Below are positions 12,706 through 23,203 of a stretch of DNA of 64,000 bases, piece by piece. The notes under the pieces are model-generated. The model was not told the DNA's origin and searched no databases. It saw only the letters and a program-made list of their open reading frames with translations. A program made the translations under genes and the position numbers. This stretch comes from the human T2T-CHM13v2.0 reference genome, Homo sapiens. Positions within the stretch are counted from its first letter, which is position 1. Every line of letters starts with the position of its first letter. The stretch lies in the NCBI RefSeq assembly GCF_009914755.1, contig NC_060925.1; one strand, given 5' to 3'.

Positions 12706-14231
12706 GTCTCCTTGATTCATCTCATTCAACCTTGAGTTAGAAATCGCTGTTGTTCCCATTTCATAGATGCCCCTAGTTAAGGAGCACTTTCTACATCTGG
12801 CAGGGAAGAGGCAGGGCAGATGGAGAAACTGAGGCCCAGAAAGATCATGCTCAAAGTCACACAGTGAGTCTGTGGCATAGCTGGAATTCATGCCTCGGTC
12901 TTCTGCCTTCCATACCAGAGCTCTTCCGAGAGTAACTCAAGGTTCTTTAGTTTCTAATGGAATGCATCACTTCTGGCACCCCCAAAGTTCAGGGACCCCA
13001 AAGGACTGGGGCACGATGCAGTCTCCAGAAAGGCTACTGAACCAAGCACGGGTGATGAATCCCAGCCTGGGGGAGGCAGAGCCAGCCTGGGTGGCAGTGC
13101 TCGGCTATGGTGGGACAGAGAGGCCCAGTCAATAGTGCCTCCTGCTGTCTCGTCCAGTGTGTCCCCTTTAGAGTAAGGGGACTCTCCTACTTACAAGGGC
13201 TGTATCTCAAGTCCACCAGCAGGGGAGAGTGGCTGAGGAACACCAGTGACTAATCTCAGGCTGCCCAGCCGCTGCCCAGTGGTCAGCGTGGGGCCAAGGT
13301 CAGCAGTCAGCCTGGGCCAGAGGTTTGTGGTTGGATCAGGAGTCAGTGGGTACCCCGGCAGGAGTCAGTGTATGGTTTGGCTGAGGGATCAGTCTGTGAC
13401 AAGGGACAGCCGTCGGTTTATGTTCAAATCAGGACTTCATCCATCACCAGGGTCAAAGAGCAAATAGGCCCAAGTCAGGACTCAAACATGGCCAGCGTCA
13501 GAAGTGTGTGTCTGCGGAGTGAAGCCTGCCACCAGCGTTGCATCAGGCCAAAATCTGACCTCAGAGCCAGGTGTGGCCAAATCAGGAGATGCTGTAACCA
13601 CTGAGCTGCCAGCCCTGTCAAGCAGGATGCTGGGCAGAGGGGACACATCAGTTCCCTCCATCTCCCATGCCAGACCTGGCAAGTCTGGGCAACCCAACCC
13701 AAAGCCTCCCCACTGTTCCAACAGCCTGGGGGACTTAGCTGATCTAACATCCACCCATTCCCATTTAACAGATGGAAAAACTGAGCCCAGAGTGGGGCCA
13801 GGACATACCCAACATCATAGCGCAGATGAAGACACAGCCAGGACCAGAACTCAAATCTCCTACACCAGTGGGCTTCCCCCCTGAGCCTGAACATGGAGTC
13901 ACCACTGGCTCAGTGATTACTGAGTGGAAAGGGATTCGAGACGGCAGAGCACTGTGCAGAGATAGCTGGGCATGAGGGGAGAGAATGCAAGCCTCAGCTG
14001 GGAATCGGGACTCTTGGATTCTCATCTTCTCAGATTGACTTAATTCACCACTTCAGAGAGGTCTGTGCGTTCACTTGTTCATTGATTCATTTATTCAACA
14101 AATGTCTTCTTAGGTAACCTCTCTGGACCTCAGTCTCCTGATCTGTAAATGGGCAGAATGCCTTTCCCAGGATGGTTGTGGAAACAAATGAGAAAACAAA
14201 TGGGCAACTTCTGGTGACTGCGCACAGGTGC

Positions 14232-14690
14232 ATGCGTGGTTGCAGCAGATGGCAGTGCCGCCCGCGTGCCTTGGTTATTCCTGTGGCTCATGCCCATGGG
14301 AAAGCTTCCAACCACAGCACCTGCAACTCCCCCTGCCCCACAACAATGTTCTCTGGTCAGTGGTTGGGGGCAAGCCAGAGTCCTGGGAGTTAGCACACAC
14401 CTAGGAGTGACCCTCAAGCAATGTTGGAACAGAGCCGAGGAATACACACTCAGCTCCCTCCCCGCTCAGCTGGGGTCACTCAGGTGTGTTCTACGCTGTC
14501 TTCCCAGGGTCCCCAGTGGGATGGAGCCCCGGTTGCCCACAGCTATAACTTGCTGGCTAATGCATATTCCTCCCTGGTTTCTTCCCCACCCCCTTACAGG
14601 TACTCCTTGGGATCATAAATGAACTACCTGCAACTCACATCCTAGTGTGAGTTGCAGGGTCTGCTTTCAGATCAGCCCAAACTCAGGTAT
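14232..14690 (+). mobile_element. ERVL solo LTR, LTR16-type
   Basis: gtgaccctcaagcaatg...tgtgttctacgctgtcttcccagggtccccagtgggatggagccccggttgcccacag...aaatgaactacctgc...agggtctgcttt...cccaaactcagg. Confidence 0.7.
14627..14658. repeat. Perfect inverted repeat, 13-bp arms, 6-nt spacer
   Basis: cctgcaactcaca-tcctag-tgtgagttgcagg. Confidence 0.97.
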
Positions 14691-15019
14691 GAACACATCG
14701 CATGTCATCTCATCTCACCTTCACAACACCCCTGGGAGGTGGGCCTGCTGCCCCACTCTACAGAAACAAATGCTCAGAAAGCTTAAGGTCATTGTCAAGA
14801 ATATGGCAGATCTGGAATTTCTCCCCAGGACTGTCTGTCTCCAGAGCCAACACTCAACTATCACGTTATGCATCATCCCACCTCACCCCCAGGGACCTCC
14901 CTCATAATGGAAGCAGCAGCAAAGACTTCATAATGAACAGCACCAGGTAAGTGCTTGTGGAGATGAGAGAACTGCAACATTGCCTGTTGTCCTGCAGGCA
15001 GTAGTCCCGCAGCAAGCCA

Positions 15020-15320
15020 GCATGCTTTCCTGGGGACATGATACCTGAGCTGGGCGTTTAAGGATGCACTGGAGTTGTCCAGGTGGTGAATAAGAGAATG
15101 CACTCCAGGCAGAAGGAAGAGCAGGTGCAAAGGCTTAGAGACACGAAAGAGGGTGTTGTATTTAAGGAATGCCGGAAAGCAATGAAGGTGTGTGGGGTGT
15201 GATGCCTTCAGGAGAGGGTGGGAACCTTTGCTCTAGAAGTAGGCCTGCATTGCCCCTGGTGGGCTGGGCACCACCCTGCTCAGAAGGCTTCAATCAGGCA
15301 CAGGTGTGGTCAGATGTGTG
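15020..15320 (-). mobile_element. L2 fragment
   Basis: cactccaggcagaaggaagagcaggtgcaaaggcttagag, an antisense L2 motif. Confidence 0.6.
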
Positions 15321-15429
15321 GCTCTGGTGGCAGTGTGGAGCAGATCATGCTTGATACATAGTATATGCTCAATACAGATGTAGTCTTAACTATTAATTTT
15401 TTATTTTATTATTTCAATTTTGTATCTAG

Positions 15430-15805
15430 TTTGTTTTTGTTTTTGTTTTAAGACTTCTGTACCCCCAATGTCATGAATAATTACTTTCTTCTAAAAATTT
15501 TAAATTTTGCTCTTTCCCATTCAGGGCTTTGGGTCATCTGAAATGTACGTTATGTTTGGTGTGAGGTAGGAATAGCATTTTATCTCTTCTGTGTGAAGAG
15601 CCAGTTAGCCTAGCACCATTTCTTTATTAAATAGGTTGCTCTGTAAATGCTGACGTCTTCCACGTTCGAAGTGCCCATTTATAAGTGGGTGCGTTCAGAG
15701 GTTCTCTCTTCCATTTTTTGAACATCCTCCTTGAATCACTACACTTTATAATAAGCCATCGTCTCTAAAAAGACAAGGCTTTCTTAATATTCTTCTTCAA
15801 ATTTG
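15430..15805 (-). mobile_element. Old L1M/L1ME fragment
   Basis: AT-rich antisense L1 ORF2-3' pattern (ggtgtgaggtagg...ccagttagcctagcaccattt...attaaatagg). Confidence 0.6.
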
Positions 15806-15811
15806 AGTTGG

Positions 15812-17707
15812 TGTATTAGTGCTACGGGATCTTTGGGGTGTCACTTTTCTGGCCGGAAACCTCTGTGTGGCTGCTGCAGTGGGGCAGGCAGCTCCAGGTG
15901 CCAGCACCAGTGCCAGCTTTCTGTGAGTCTGTGGTTGGACCAGGTGCATTGCAAGCAGCATCCACAGCTGGCACTGGGAACATAGTGGCACCTGGAAGCT
16001 TGGAGATGCCAGGAACCACAGGGACCCAAGGAGGGAGTCATAGGTCTGGCTCAGGGAGCACCCAGGCCTGAGCTCCCTGAAGGGCTGCAGCTCCTCTCTC
16101 CTCTTTGCCTGTGGCATGGCGAGCAAGGGACATATCTCAGCCCTGTTTGTGTTACAGCTCTTTAGCCTTGCCATTCATCAGGTCCTGAGTTCTTGTCCTG
16201 CAATCCAGAATAATGAAGTATGCAGACAAGTGGAGGGTGAGCAAAAGGAAGAGGAGCTTTACTGAGCAATAGCGCAGCTCAGAGGAGACCTGCCATGGGT
16301 AGCTCCTTTCTGCAGCCAGAGTGTCTCGATGAGTGTTCAGCTCCTAGCAGAGCGTGTAGTTCCTGCAGGCAGGTTCCAACAAGTGTTGAGGTCTCAGCAG
16401 AGAGGGTAGCTCCTCTCTGCAGCTAGTTGTCCTGACAAGTGTTCAGCTATCAGCAGAGAGGGTTGCTTCTCTCTGCTGCTGGCCATCCTGTTGTCTGCAG
16501 CTCTCCGCAGAGAGGAGGCCCTAGAGGGGGTGGCTTCTCTCTGCAGGCAGGTTATTCTGTTGTCTCTGCGGCTCTCAGCAGAGAGGCTAGCTCCTCTCTA
16601 CAGCTGGTCATCCTATCGTCTCTTTGTCCTCTCAGCAGAGAGGAGGACCTGGGGTGGGTTGCTTTTCTCTGAAGGCAGATGGCAGCCCTCCCTGGCCTGT
16701 CTGCCTCTTGCTCCCAGGCTTGTTCATGGCCCCCAGGCTGCTTGCACCCACCAATGGGCACCTGCAGGCCAGCGTCGACCCACCCTCAGCAACCCCCTCA
16801 GCTTCCTCCCCAACGTTTGTCAGTGCCCAAAGTCTGGAGGGGGCCAAGGCAGCAGGGAGCCAGAATGTCAGTGCTGCCCCAAGTGTGTGCACCGCTGGCC
16901 TGGCTGTGATAGCACACAGGCTTGGCCCCACATTGCTCTGAGATCGGAGCAGGCACCGACAGTAGAAAGAATCCAGGCAGTGGGAGCGGGCACTTCTGAG
17001 CCTGTGAAGGCAGGGAGCCCCTTCCTGGGTCCCCAAGAATGCAAGGATGCCTGGGTTCACACCCACAGTTTGGGCAGCTGTGGCTCCGCCCAGGAGAGTG
17101 GGGCTCCCACCTGCTCCCAGGTCCCGAGAGCACAGGGATGCCCGGGTCCGCAGCCATGGTTGGGGTGGCTGCAGTGGTACCAGCGGAGATCCCGCCCCAA
17201 CTCAGAAGGGGGTGGAGCTCCTGCTTGTCCCTGGCTCCTGCCAGCTCCATGGAGAATGCAGCCCCAGCCATGCCTCCCTGATGAAGCCGGTGTGATGGCA
17301 GCAGCCCCTCCAGATGGCCCGCTGCTGCCATCATTAGTTTCCTGTTATTGCCAAAACAAATTACCACAAAAAAAACTGTGGCTTTAAGCAATACAAATTT
17401 ATTGTCACACAGCTACAGAGGTCAAGATTTCAGATTTTTCCCTGAGACAGATAAGGTGTCAGCAGGGCTGTGTTTCTTCCTGGAGGCTCTGAGGGAAAAC
17501 CATTCCCTTTCTTTTTATCAGATTCTAGAGGCACCTGCATTCCTTGGCTTGTGGCCTCTTCCTCCATCTCAAAGTGCATCGCTCCAATTTCTGCTTCTGT
17601 CATCACATCGCCTTTTCCTCCAGCTCCGACTCCTCCTGCATCCATCTGAAAAGGATAATCCAGGATATTCTCCCTATCTCAAGATCCTTCATCACATCTG
17701 CAAAGTC
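15812..17707 (-). mobile_element. MLT1 (MaLR) LTR, interrupted near its end by MER52
   Basis: Removing MER52 and one TSD copy restores tgtattagtttcctgttattgccaaaacaaattaccaca...ctggaggctctgagggaaaacc...atcacatctgcaaagtc. Confidence 0.8.
15820..17333 (-). mobile_element. MER52-family ERV1 solo LTR (~1.5 kb)
   Basis: TG...CA termini; reverse complement begins tgatggcagcagcgggccatctggagg; internal cagcagagagggtagctcctctctgcag tandem units; 4-bp TSD TTAG (15816-15819 and 17334-17337). Confidence 0.88.
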
Positions 17708-17960
17708 TCAGGTATGGGTGGGGCTGAGGATATAATCAGTTCTGGGCAAAATTCCTCTGGATGTGCAGATTTGTGAAACTAGAAAACAAGCTTTCTGCTC
17801 CCAAAATACAGTGGTGGGACAGCATAAGACAACAGTTATAGACATTTCCATTCAAATAGGGAGAAAATGGAAGGAAAAAAGGAGTCACCAGTCCCAAGCA
17901 ATTTCAAAATCCAATCAGACAAACTCCATCAGGTTTCAAGGCCTGGGAAAAATCCTCTGC
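17708..17960 (-). mobile_element. MaLR internal (MLT1-int) fragment
   Basis: cccaaaatacagtggtgggacagc...acatttccattcaaatagggagaaaatgg...cccaagcaatttcaaaatcc resembles antisense MaLR-int. Confidence 0.6.
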
Positions 17961-17964
17961 CCTC

Positions 17965-18330
17965 TGTATGCAAAACAGCAACAACAGCAGCAACTTTGGA
18001 CCTTACCTCACACCATCTATAAAAATGAACTCAAATGAATTATAGTCCCCTAAAGAAGCATTATGCTAAGTGGAAAAGCCAGACACAAAAGCACACATCA
18101 TATAGGATTCAGTACATATGAAATTCTAGGAAATACACAGCTATCATGACAGAAGGCAGATCAGTGACGGCCAGTGGCCAGGTAGCAGGGGTGGAAACTG
18201 ATTGACAACAAAGGAGTGTGGGGTGGCTGTTGGGGGTGATGGAAATGTTCTCACAACTGTATATGTTTTCAAAACTCATCCAACTATATACTAGAAAGGG
18301 TGACTCTTATTATATGTAAACTATACCCTA
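17965..18330 (+). mobile_element. L1MD/ME 3' fragment
   Basis: cattatgctaagtggaaaagccagacacaaaag...gggggtgatggaaatgttct...tcaaaactcatccaactata. Confidence 0.75.
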
Positions 18331-18639
18331 ATTTTTTTTTTCTGAGACAGAGTCTCGCTCTGTCGCCAAGCTGGAGTACAGTGGTGCGATCTCACCTCAC
18401 TGCAACCTCTGCCTCACTGCAACCTCTGCCTCCCGGATTCAAGCGATTCTCCTGCCTCAAGCTCCTGAGTAGCTGGGACTACAAGCGCGTACCACCACAC
18501 CCAGCTAATTTTTGTATTTTTAGTAGAGACAGAATTTCACCATGTTGGCCAGGATGGTCTCGATCTATTGACCTCGTGATCTGCTTGCCTTGGCTTCCCC
18601 AAGTGCTGGGATTACAGGCGTGAGCCACTGCGCCCTGCC
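18331..18639 (-). mobile_element. AluSc-like, with a 17-bp internal tandem duplication
   Basis: Diagnostic tgtcgcc-a(a)gctgg and aggatggtctcgatct..tgacctcgtgat; cctcactgcaacctctg occurs twice (18395-18428). Confidence 0.93.
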
Positions 18640-18687
18640 CCCAATTTTAAAATAGTGTCTTGACTATTCTTGGTATAAGACAAATAA

Positions 18688-18950
18688 AGAAGGGAAGGAA
18701 GAAATGAAGGAAGGAAGAAGGAAGGAAGGAAGGGAGGAAGGAAGGAAGGAAGGAAGGAAGAAGGAAGGAAGGAAGGAAGAAGGAAGGAAGGGAGGGAGGA
18801 AGGAAGGAAGGAAAGGAGGGAAGGAGGGAGGAGGGAGGGGAGAGGGAGGGAGGGAAGGAGGGAGGGGGGAGGGAGGGAGGGAGAAGGGAGGGGAAGGGAA
18901 GGGATGGGGAGGGAAGGGATGGGGAGGGAAGGAAGAAATGAAGGAGGAAA
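18688..18950 (+). repeat. (GGAA)/(GGGA)n polypurine tract
   Basis: Seen directly. Confidence 0.97.
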
Positions 18951-19489
18951 GAGTCAACTTCAACAGGCTAGGGAGTGGGTGGCCTCCATCAGCCAGGAGG
19001 GTCCTGTGACCCAGGCTTTAGGCTGCTGGACACCGCTGGACAGGCCTATTGGAGTTTGGGTCCCTGGACCTCTGGGGAAGGCATCTCCTGCCCCACCTTT
19101 CTGGGACAGAAAAGCAGTCAGAGCACACCTGGATTTCCATGTTATCCCAGAAAGCAGTCATGACCCCTTAGCAGGATCTTCCCTCATAGTGCTCGGTTTC
19201 TTCGTGAGAGCAGAGATTTTAGTCTGTTCCAAACTAAGGGTAGGGAGCCTATCCCAGTTCACGCAGCCCATGCCTTTTGGCCCCAAAGCCCTGCTGCTGG
19301 ACCAAGGCACCAACTGCCTGATGTGGAGTCCCTGGGGGCTCAGCTCAGGCCTCCGCCGCAGGGACAGGCCTTGTGGGTACTAATCCACATGAGCCTTGAG
19401 TGGCTTCTGATTCTCTCCAGTCAAGGAGCTGCCTCTGCCCCCCTCAAGGATGGGCCTCTAATGGGCCCTGGTTTCCCTGTAGAGTAGGC

Positions 19490-19710
19490 ACAAATAGCTC
19501 AGGCTCTGGAGCCAGATGGCCCGGGTTCAAACCCTGGTTCTGCTGTTTGCCTTGTGGTATGACCCAGGGCAGGGTATTCAATGCATTCCTGTCTCCCCTC
19601 CTGTAAAGTGAGGCGAATGGTACTACCTACCTCCAAGAACCAGGAGGATTAGATGAGCTCATCTGGGAAAAGGTTAACGGTGGAGTGTGGGCCCAATAAG
19701 TGTTGGCTAT
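19490..19710 (+). mobile_element. MIR
   Basis: ggctctggagccagatggcccgggttcaaaccctggttctgc...tactacctacctcc...aggattagatgag...caataagtgttggctattg. Confidence 0.8.
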
Positions 19711-20482
19711 TGTCATCACTGACCACTGGCAAAGAGCCCCTGGCCTGCTTCCCCTTGGGTTTCCAAAGCCCAGCCCCCTGCCCACGACCACAAGGCTGAG
19801 CAGAGACAAACTGCTTTCTTGGAGGGCTGGGCCCGGCCCTGCCACCCATTTCAGTGTCCCACCATGCAGGGGTCCCTCAATCAATAGCCTGGCTGATTGT
19901 GGCTTTGGGGTCTCAACCACCAGCCACAGGAGTCCAGCTGGTCCAGACCACAGGTCCACCCGGGGCTGGAGCTGGGAATTGAGGAGGTGACAGCGGGTGG
20001 GGTGGGTGTGAGCTGTCACCTGCGTTACTTCTGTGGGTCCACAGGGGCCTGCACTCTGCTGACGCCAGCCCCGGGAGACAAAGGAGGGCCTGGGGTGGGG
20101 CCCGGGAGGTGCAGGGTAGTGGGCCAGTGACCAGTCTCAGCTGCACCCACGCCTTGCTGGTGAGCTTTGCCAAACCACTTTTCTCTGAGCCTCATTTGCT
20201 CCTCTGTAAAATGGAGGGGACGGGGGAAATCCCCACCGCCTTTGCTTTGGACACGGTCTGGTATTTCGGGCTGGGCCTGGTGCCTTGGTGCTTTACATCA
20301 ACTCGTTAACTCTCACTACAGCCCCTGAGGTGCATGCTATGATTTTCCCCATTTTAAAGATGCAGAAACTGAGGCTTACATGTTCCAAAAAGCTTTATCT
20401 TTGGGGAGATTAGGCCAGCTGTGAAGCTCGTGTCACAAATGGGGACGCTGAGACTCAGGGAAGTGACCAGCCTGGCCTAGAG

Positions 20483-20523
20483 CTGGCCTCCTTCAGGGAG
20501 GCCAGGTCCCTGAAGGAGGCCAG
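20483..20523. repeat. Perfect inverted repeat, 17-bp arms, 7-nt spacer
   Basis: ctggcctccttcaggga-ggccagg-tccctgaaggaggccag. Confidence 0.97.
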
Positions 20524-21234
20524 GTTCCAGGTTTAGGAAGAAATGCTTTCCTTCCCAGGCCCACCCCTCCCAGGCCCATTTGCTCACCTGCAAGTTAATG
20601 TGGGGGCTGTTTTTTTCCACTTTCTATTTTTCAAGGCTGCTACCAAAGGGGCCACGCAGGACGTCCTCTGGGGAATGCTGGCTCCCACACCACCCGCCTC
20701 GGCTCCTGGGCCAAGGTTTTGCCTTGATCTGTCCATCCCACTGCACATGGCTTCAAGGAGGCATTCATGGGAATCCCTGCTCAGGTCAGGCAGCATCGTG
20801 TCAAGGTCATGGCCCCTTGAAGATTCTTTGAGGAAGTGGCTGTTGAGCTCCCAACCCCAGGGCTGGAGCAGGAGGATCAGACACCCCGGCCTCAGCCCCA
20901 GAGCATGAAAGCCCTCCCCACTCACCCAGCTGCTCTGCAGACCCACACTTGCACACAACTCCATGTGCCACTGACCAGCTCTGACCTCGTCCTGGGCAAG
21001 GCTGGCGGGGCCTAGACCCAAACCCACAACAGTGTGTGGCTCCCAGGGAGGCAGCGTTTCCTGGGCACCAGCTCTTTAGAGAATGCCTTCAGAAGTCCCC
21101 ATCCAGCCTCTCCCCTCATGAAATCCTGTCCTTGAATCATCCAGCCTAGCCCCCTGAGTAGCTGTGCATTTCCGAGACCCCGAATCCATAATATTCATAT
21201 GAATGAGGTGGAGGGCAGGGAGAATCGCTGCCAT

Positions 21235-21430
21235 TTATTCAACCCTTAATAAATGCTGGGGGCTGCACAAAGCACTTTAAATAAATACAGCCTCTCATTT
21301 TAATCCTAAACAGGCCTGTGAGGGAGGTGCCATGATTACCCTTGTTTTATAGATGATGAAAGCTAGGGCTCAGAAGATGAAGTCCTTTACCAAAGGTCAC
21401 ACAGCTAGAAAGCAGAGAGGCCAGGAGTAG
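21235..21430 (-). mobile_element. MIR
   Basis: ctcattttaatcct...gttttatagatgatgaaagctagggctcagaag...aaggtcacacagctag. Confidence 0.75.
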
Positions 21431-22379
21431 CACCCACTTGCTACAAGAGACTGGCCCCTCCAGACACAGTCCTTCCCGACAGCCTCTTTGAGGTTTCCCT
21501 GGACCTAGCCCATCGGGACACTGTCCTCACAGCAAAGTAGCAGCCCCAGGCTGGGCACACGGCAGGAACCCTGTGCTGTGGCCCCCCGACCCAGTCCTGT
21601 GAACCCTTCCTTACTCCTCTGGCTCTGCTGGGACCATGCTCTCCACCCCAGAGCTGGGATAGCTGGGCCCTCTCCTCGCCCTCTCATCCCAGCGTCCACC
21701 CTCCTGTTCAGAGCTGGACCGTTAGCCCATGGGCCCCCTAGGATTCTCTTTGCTTCCAGTTCCCCAGGTGACCAGCAGATCTGTTATTCCTCTCATTTCA
21801 CTTATTCATTTATTCAGTGGAGTTTAGGGGCAGTCAGGAGGCCCTGGGGACTTGTGAGTGGCTGGTATCAGCCAAGGGCCAGGTCCAGCCTCTGTGGGTA
21901 GACACGAATGACTTATTAGGGCTCTGAAAAGGGGCTGTGGATGTGTCTGCCATGGTCAGTCCCTGGGGCGAGAGCCAGCGTCCAAGGCCATGCTTGCCTG
22001 CCCTGGTCACCAGAAAGGGCTGGGAGAGGAGGAAGAACTGGGAGCAGGTTAGGACTTCAGAGCTCCCCTAGCTACTCACCAACCTCAGGGACAGGCAGGG
22101 GCCAGCCCCTGGAGAAGCCCCCCGTACCTGCTCCCCACCCCACCATACACACGCAGTCTCCCTACAGTGTCCCCCTCCCTTCCTGGCCCCTGAGTCTCCG
22201 AGGCAGCAGGAGGAGCAGCAGAAGATCCCAGGACGTGAAGTTCAAAGACAGACAGTCACCCCAGCCACCTGTCTCCCATCACCATCGCCATCACCAGGGC
22301 CTCTGAGCCCCACACCCCTCCTCACTGCCCATGTGTCCCCATTTCTCAGGGTCCCTATGTTCTGATGGTGTCACAAGCC

Positions 22380-23165
22380 CTAGGAGTTAAAAAGTGACAG
22401 TTCCCTTCACCTTCTTCTCCTCTCTACAATCCCCTGCCCCTCCTAGCAGGTGAGCCCCGCTAGCAGGTTGGTGTCTATTCTACAGACCCTTTTATGTGCA
22501 TTAAAAAAACTCCACATGGATATCACAGAGATCGACATATGTAGGATTTACTTTACAGAAATAGCGCCAAGCCATATACATTTTTCTCTGATGTGCCTTT
22601 TTTTAGTAGTGTGGAAATCTTTCCATATTTATGTATACACATCTACCATAATTCTTAGCTATTGCAGATTTTATACTGAAAAGAAAACAGAAAGGCTAAG
22701 GCTAAATACCCATACTCCCATAGCTTTTTTGTCAAGTACATGAACGAAGAAGTAAAAGCCTCCAAACATAGCATATGAATCTTTCGTATCCTTTTCCCAA
22801 GATTACGGAGGCGGAGCTGTGTGGATGTGCACTGGTTCAAACATAGTCATGCATTTTCTTACAGAGTGGCATCATGCCAGTCGTGCTGCTTTATTATTAA
22901 TTTTTCTGCTTAGCAGTCTGTCTTGGAGATTTTTCCAGATTGGTGCATTTTCATGTCACTAGATTCTGTTTATCCACTATGATTCCATTGTCCGGATGAA
23001 CCACTGTTCCCCTCTTAATGGACATTTCAGTTAGTTCCAGGCCTTTGCTGAAATGAACACCCTTCCTTATATATCTCTGCACTCCTCATCCCAGGTCTGA
23101 AGTCTGAGGAACTGGGGACAATTGTGTGGTGTCGTGATGGTGAGCATGTAAACCACATGTCTGCC
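22380..23165 (-). mobile_element. Highly decayed L1ME fragments
   Basis: AT-rich antisense L1ME-like text (atgattccattg...ttaatggacatttcagttagttccaggcc...). Confidence 0.5.
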
Positions 23166-23166
23166 C

Positions 23167-23203
23167 TGTGAAAGGAAGATAAATCTGGGGACCCCAAAAT
23201 CAC
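23167..23203 (+). mobile_element. 37-bp stub of a MER4-group ERV1 LTR terminus
   Basis: tgtgaaaggaagataaatctggggaccccaaaatcac closely matches my recall of the MER4B/D-type LTR start, then stops abruptly. Confidence 0.55.

Noticed and set aside
16260-16680. Repeat-spacer pattern superficially like a CRISPR array
   Set aside because: Degenerate LTR-internal tandem units in a primate genome, with no unique spacers or cas genes.
16491-17387. 298-aa ORF
   Set aside because: Lies almost entirely within the GC-rich MER52 LTR and has no gag, pol or env similarity.
18300-18623. Alu-derived ORFs ([14 protein letters not shown] type), also at 43785, 49652, 51831 and 53921
   Set aside because: Well-known antisense Alu translations, not genes.
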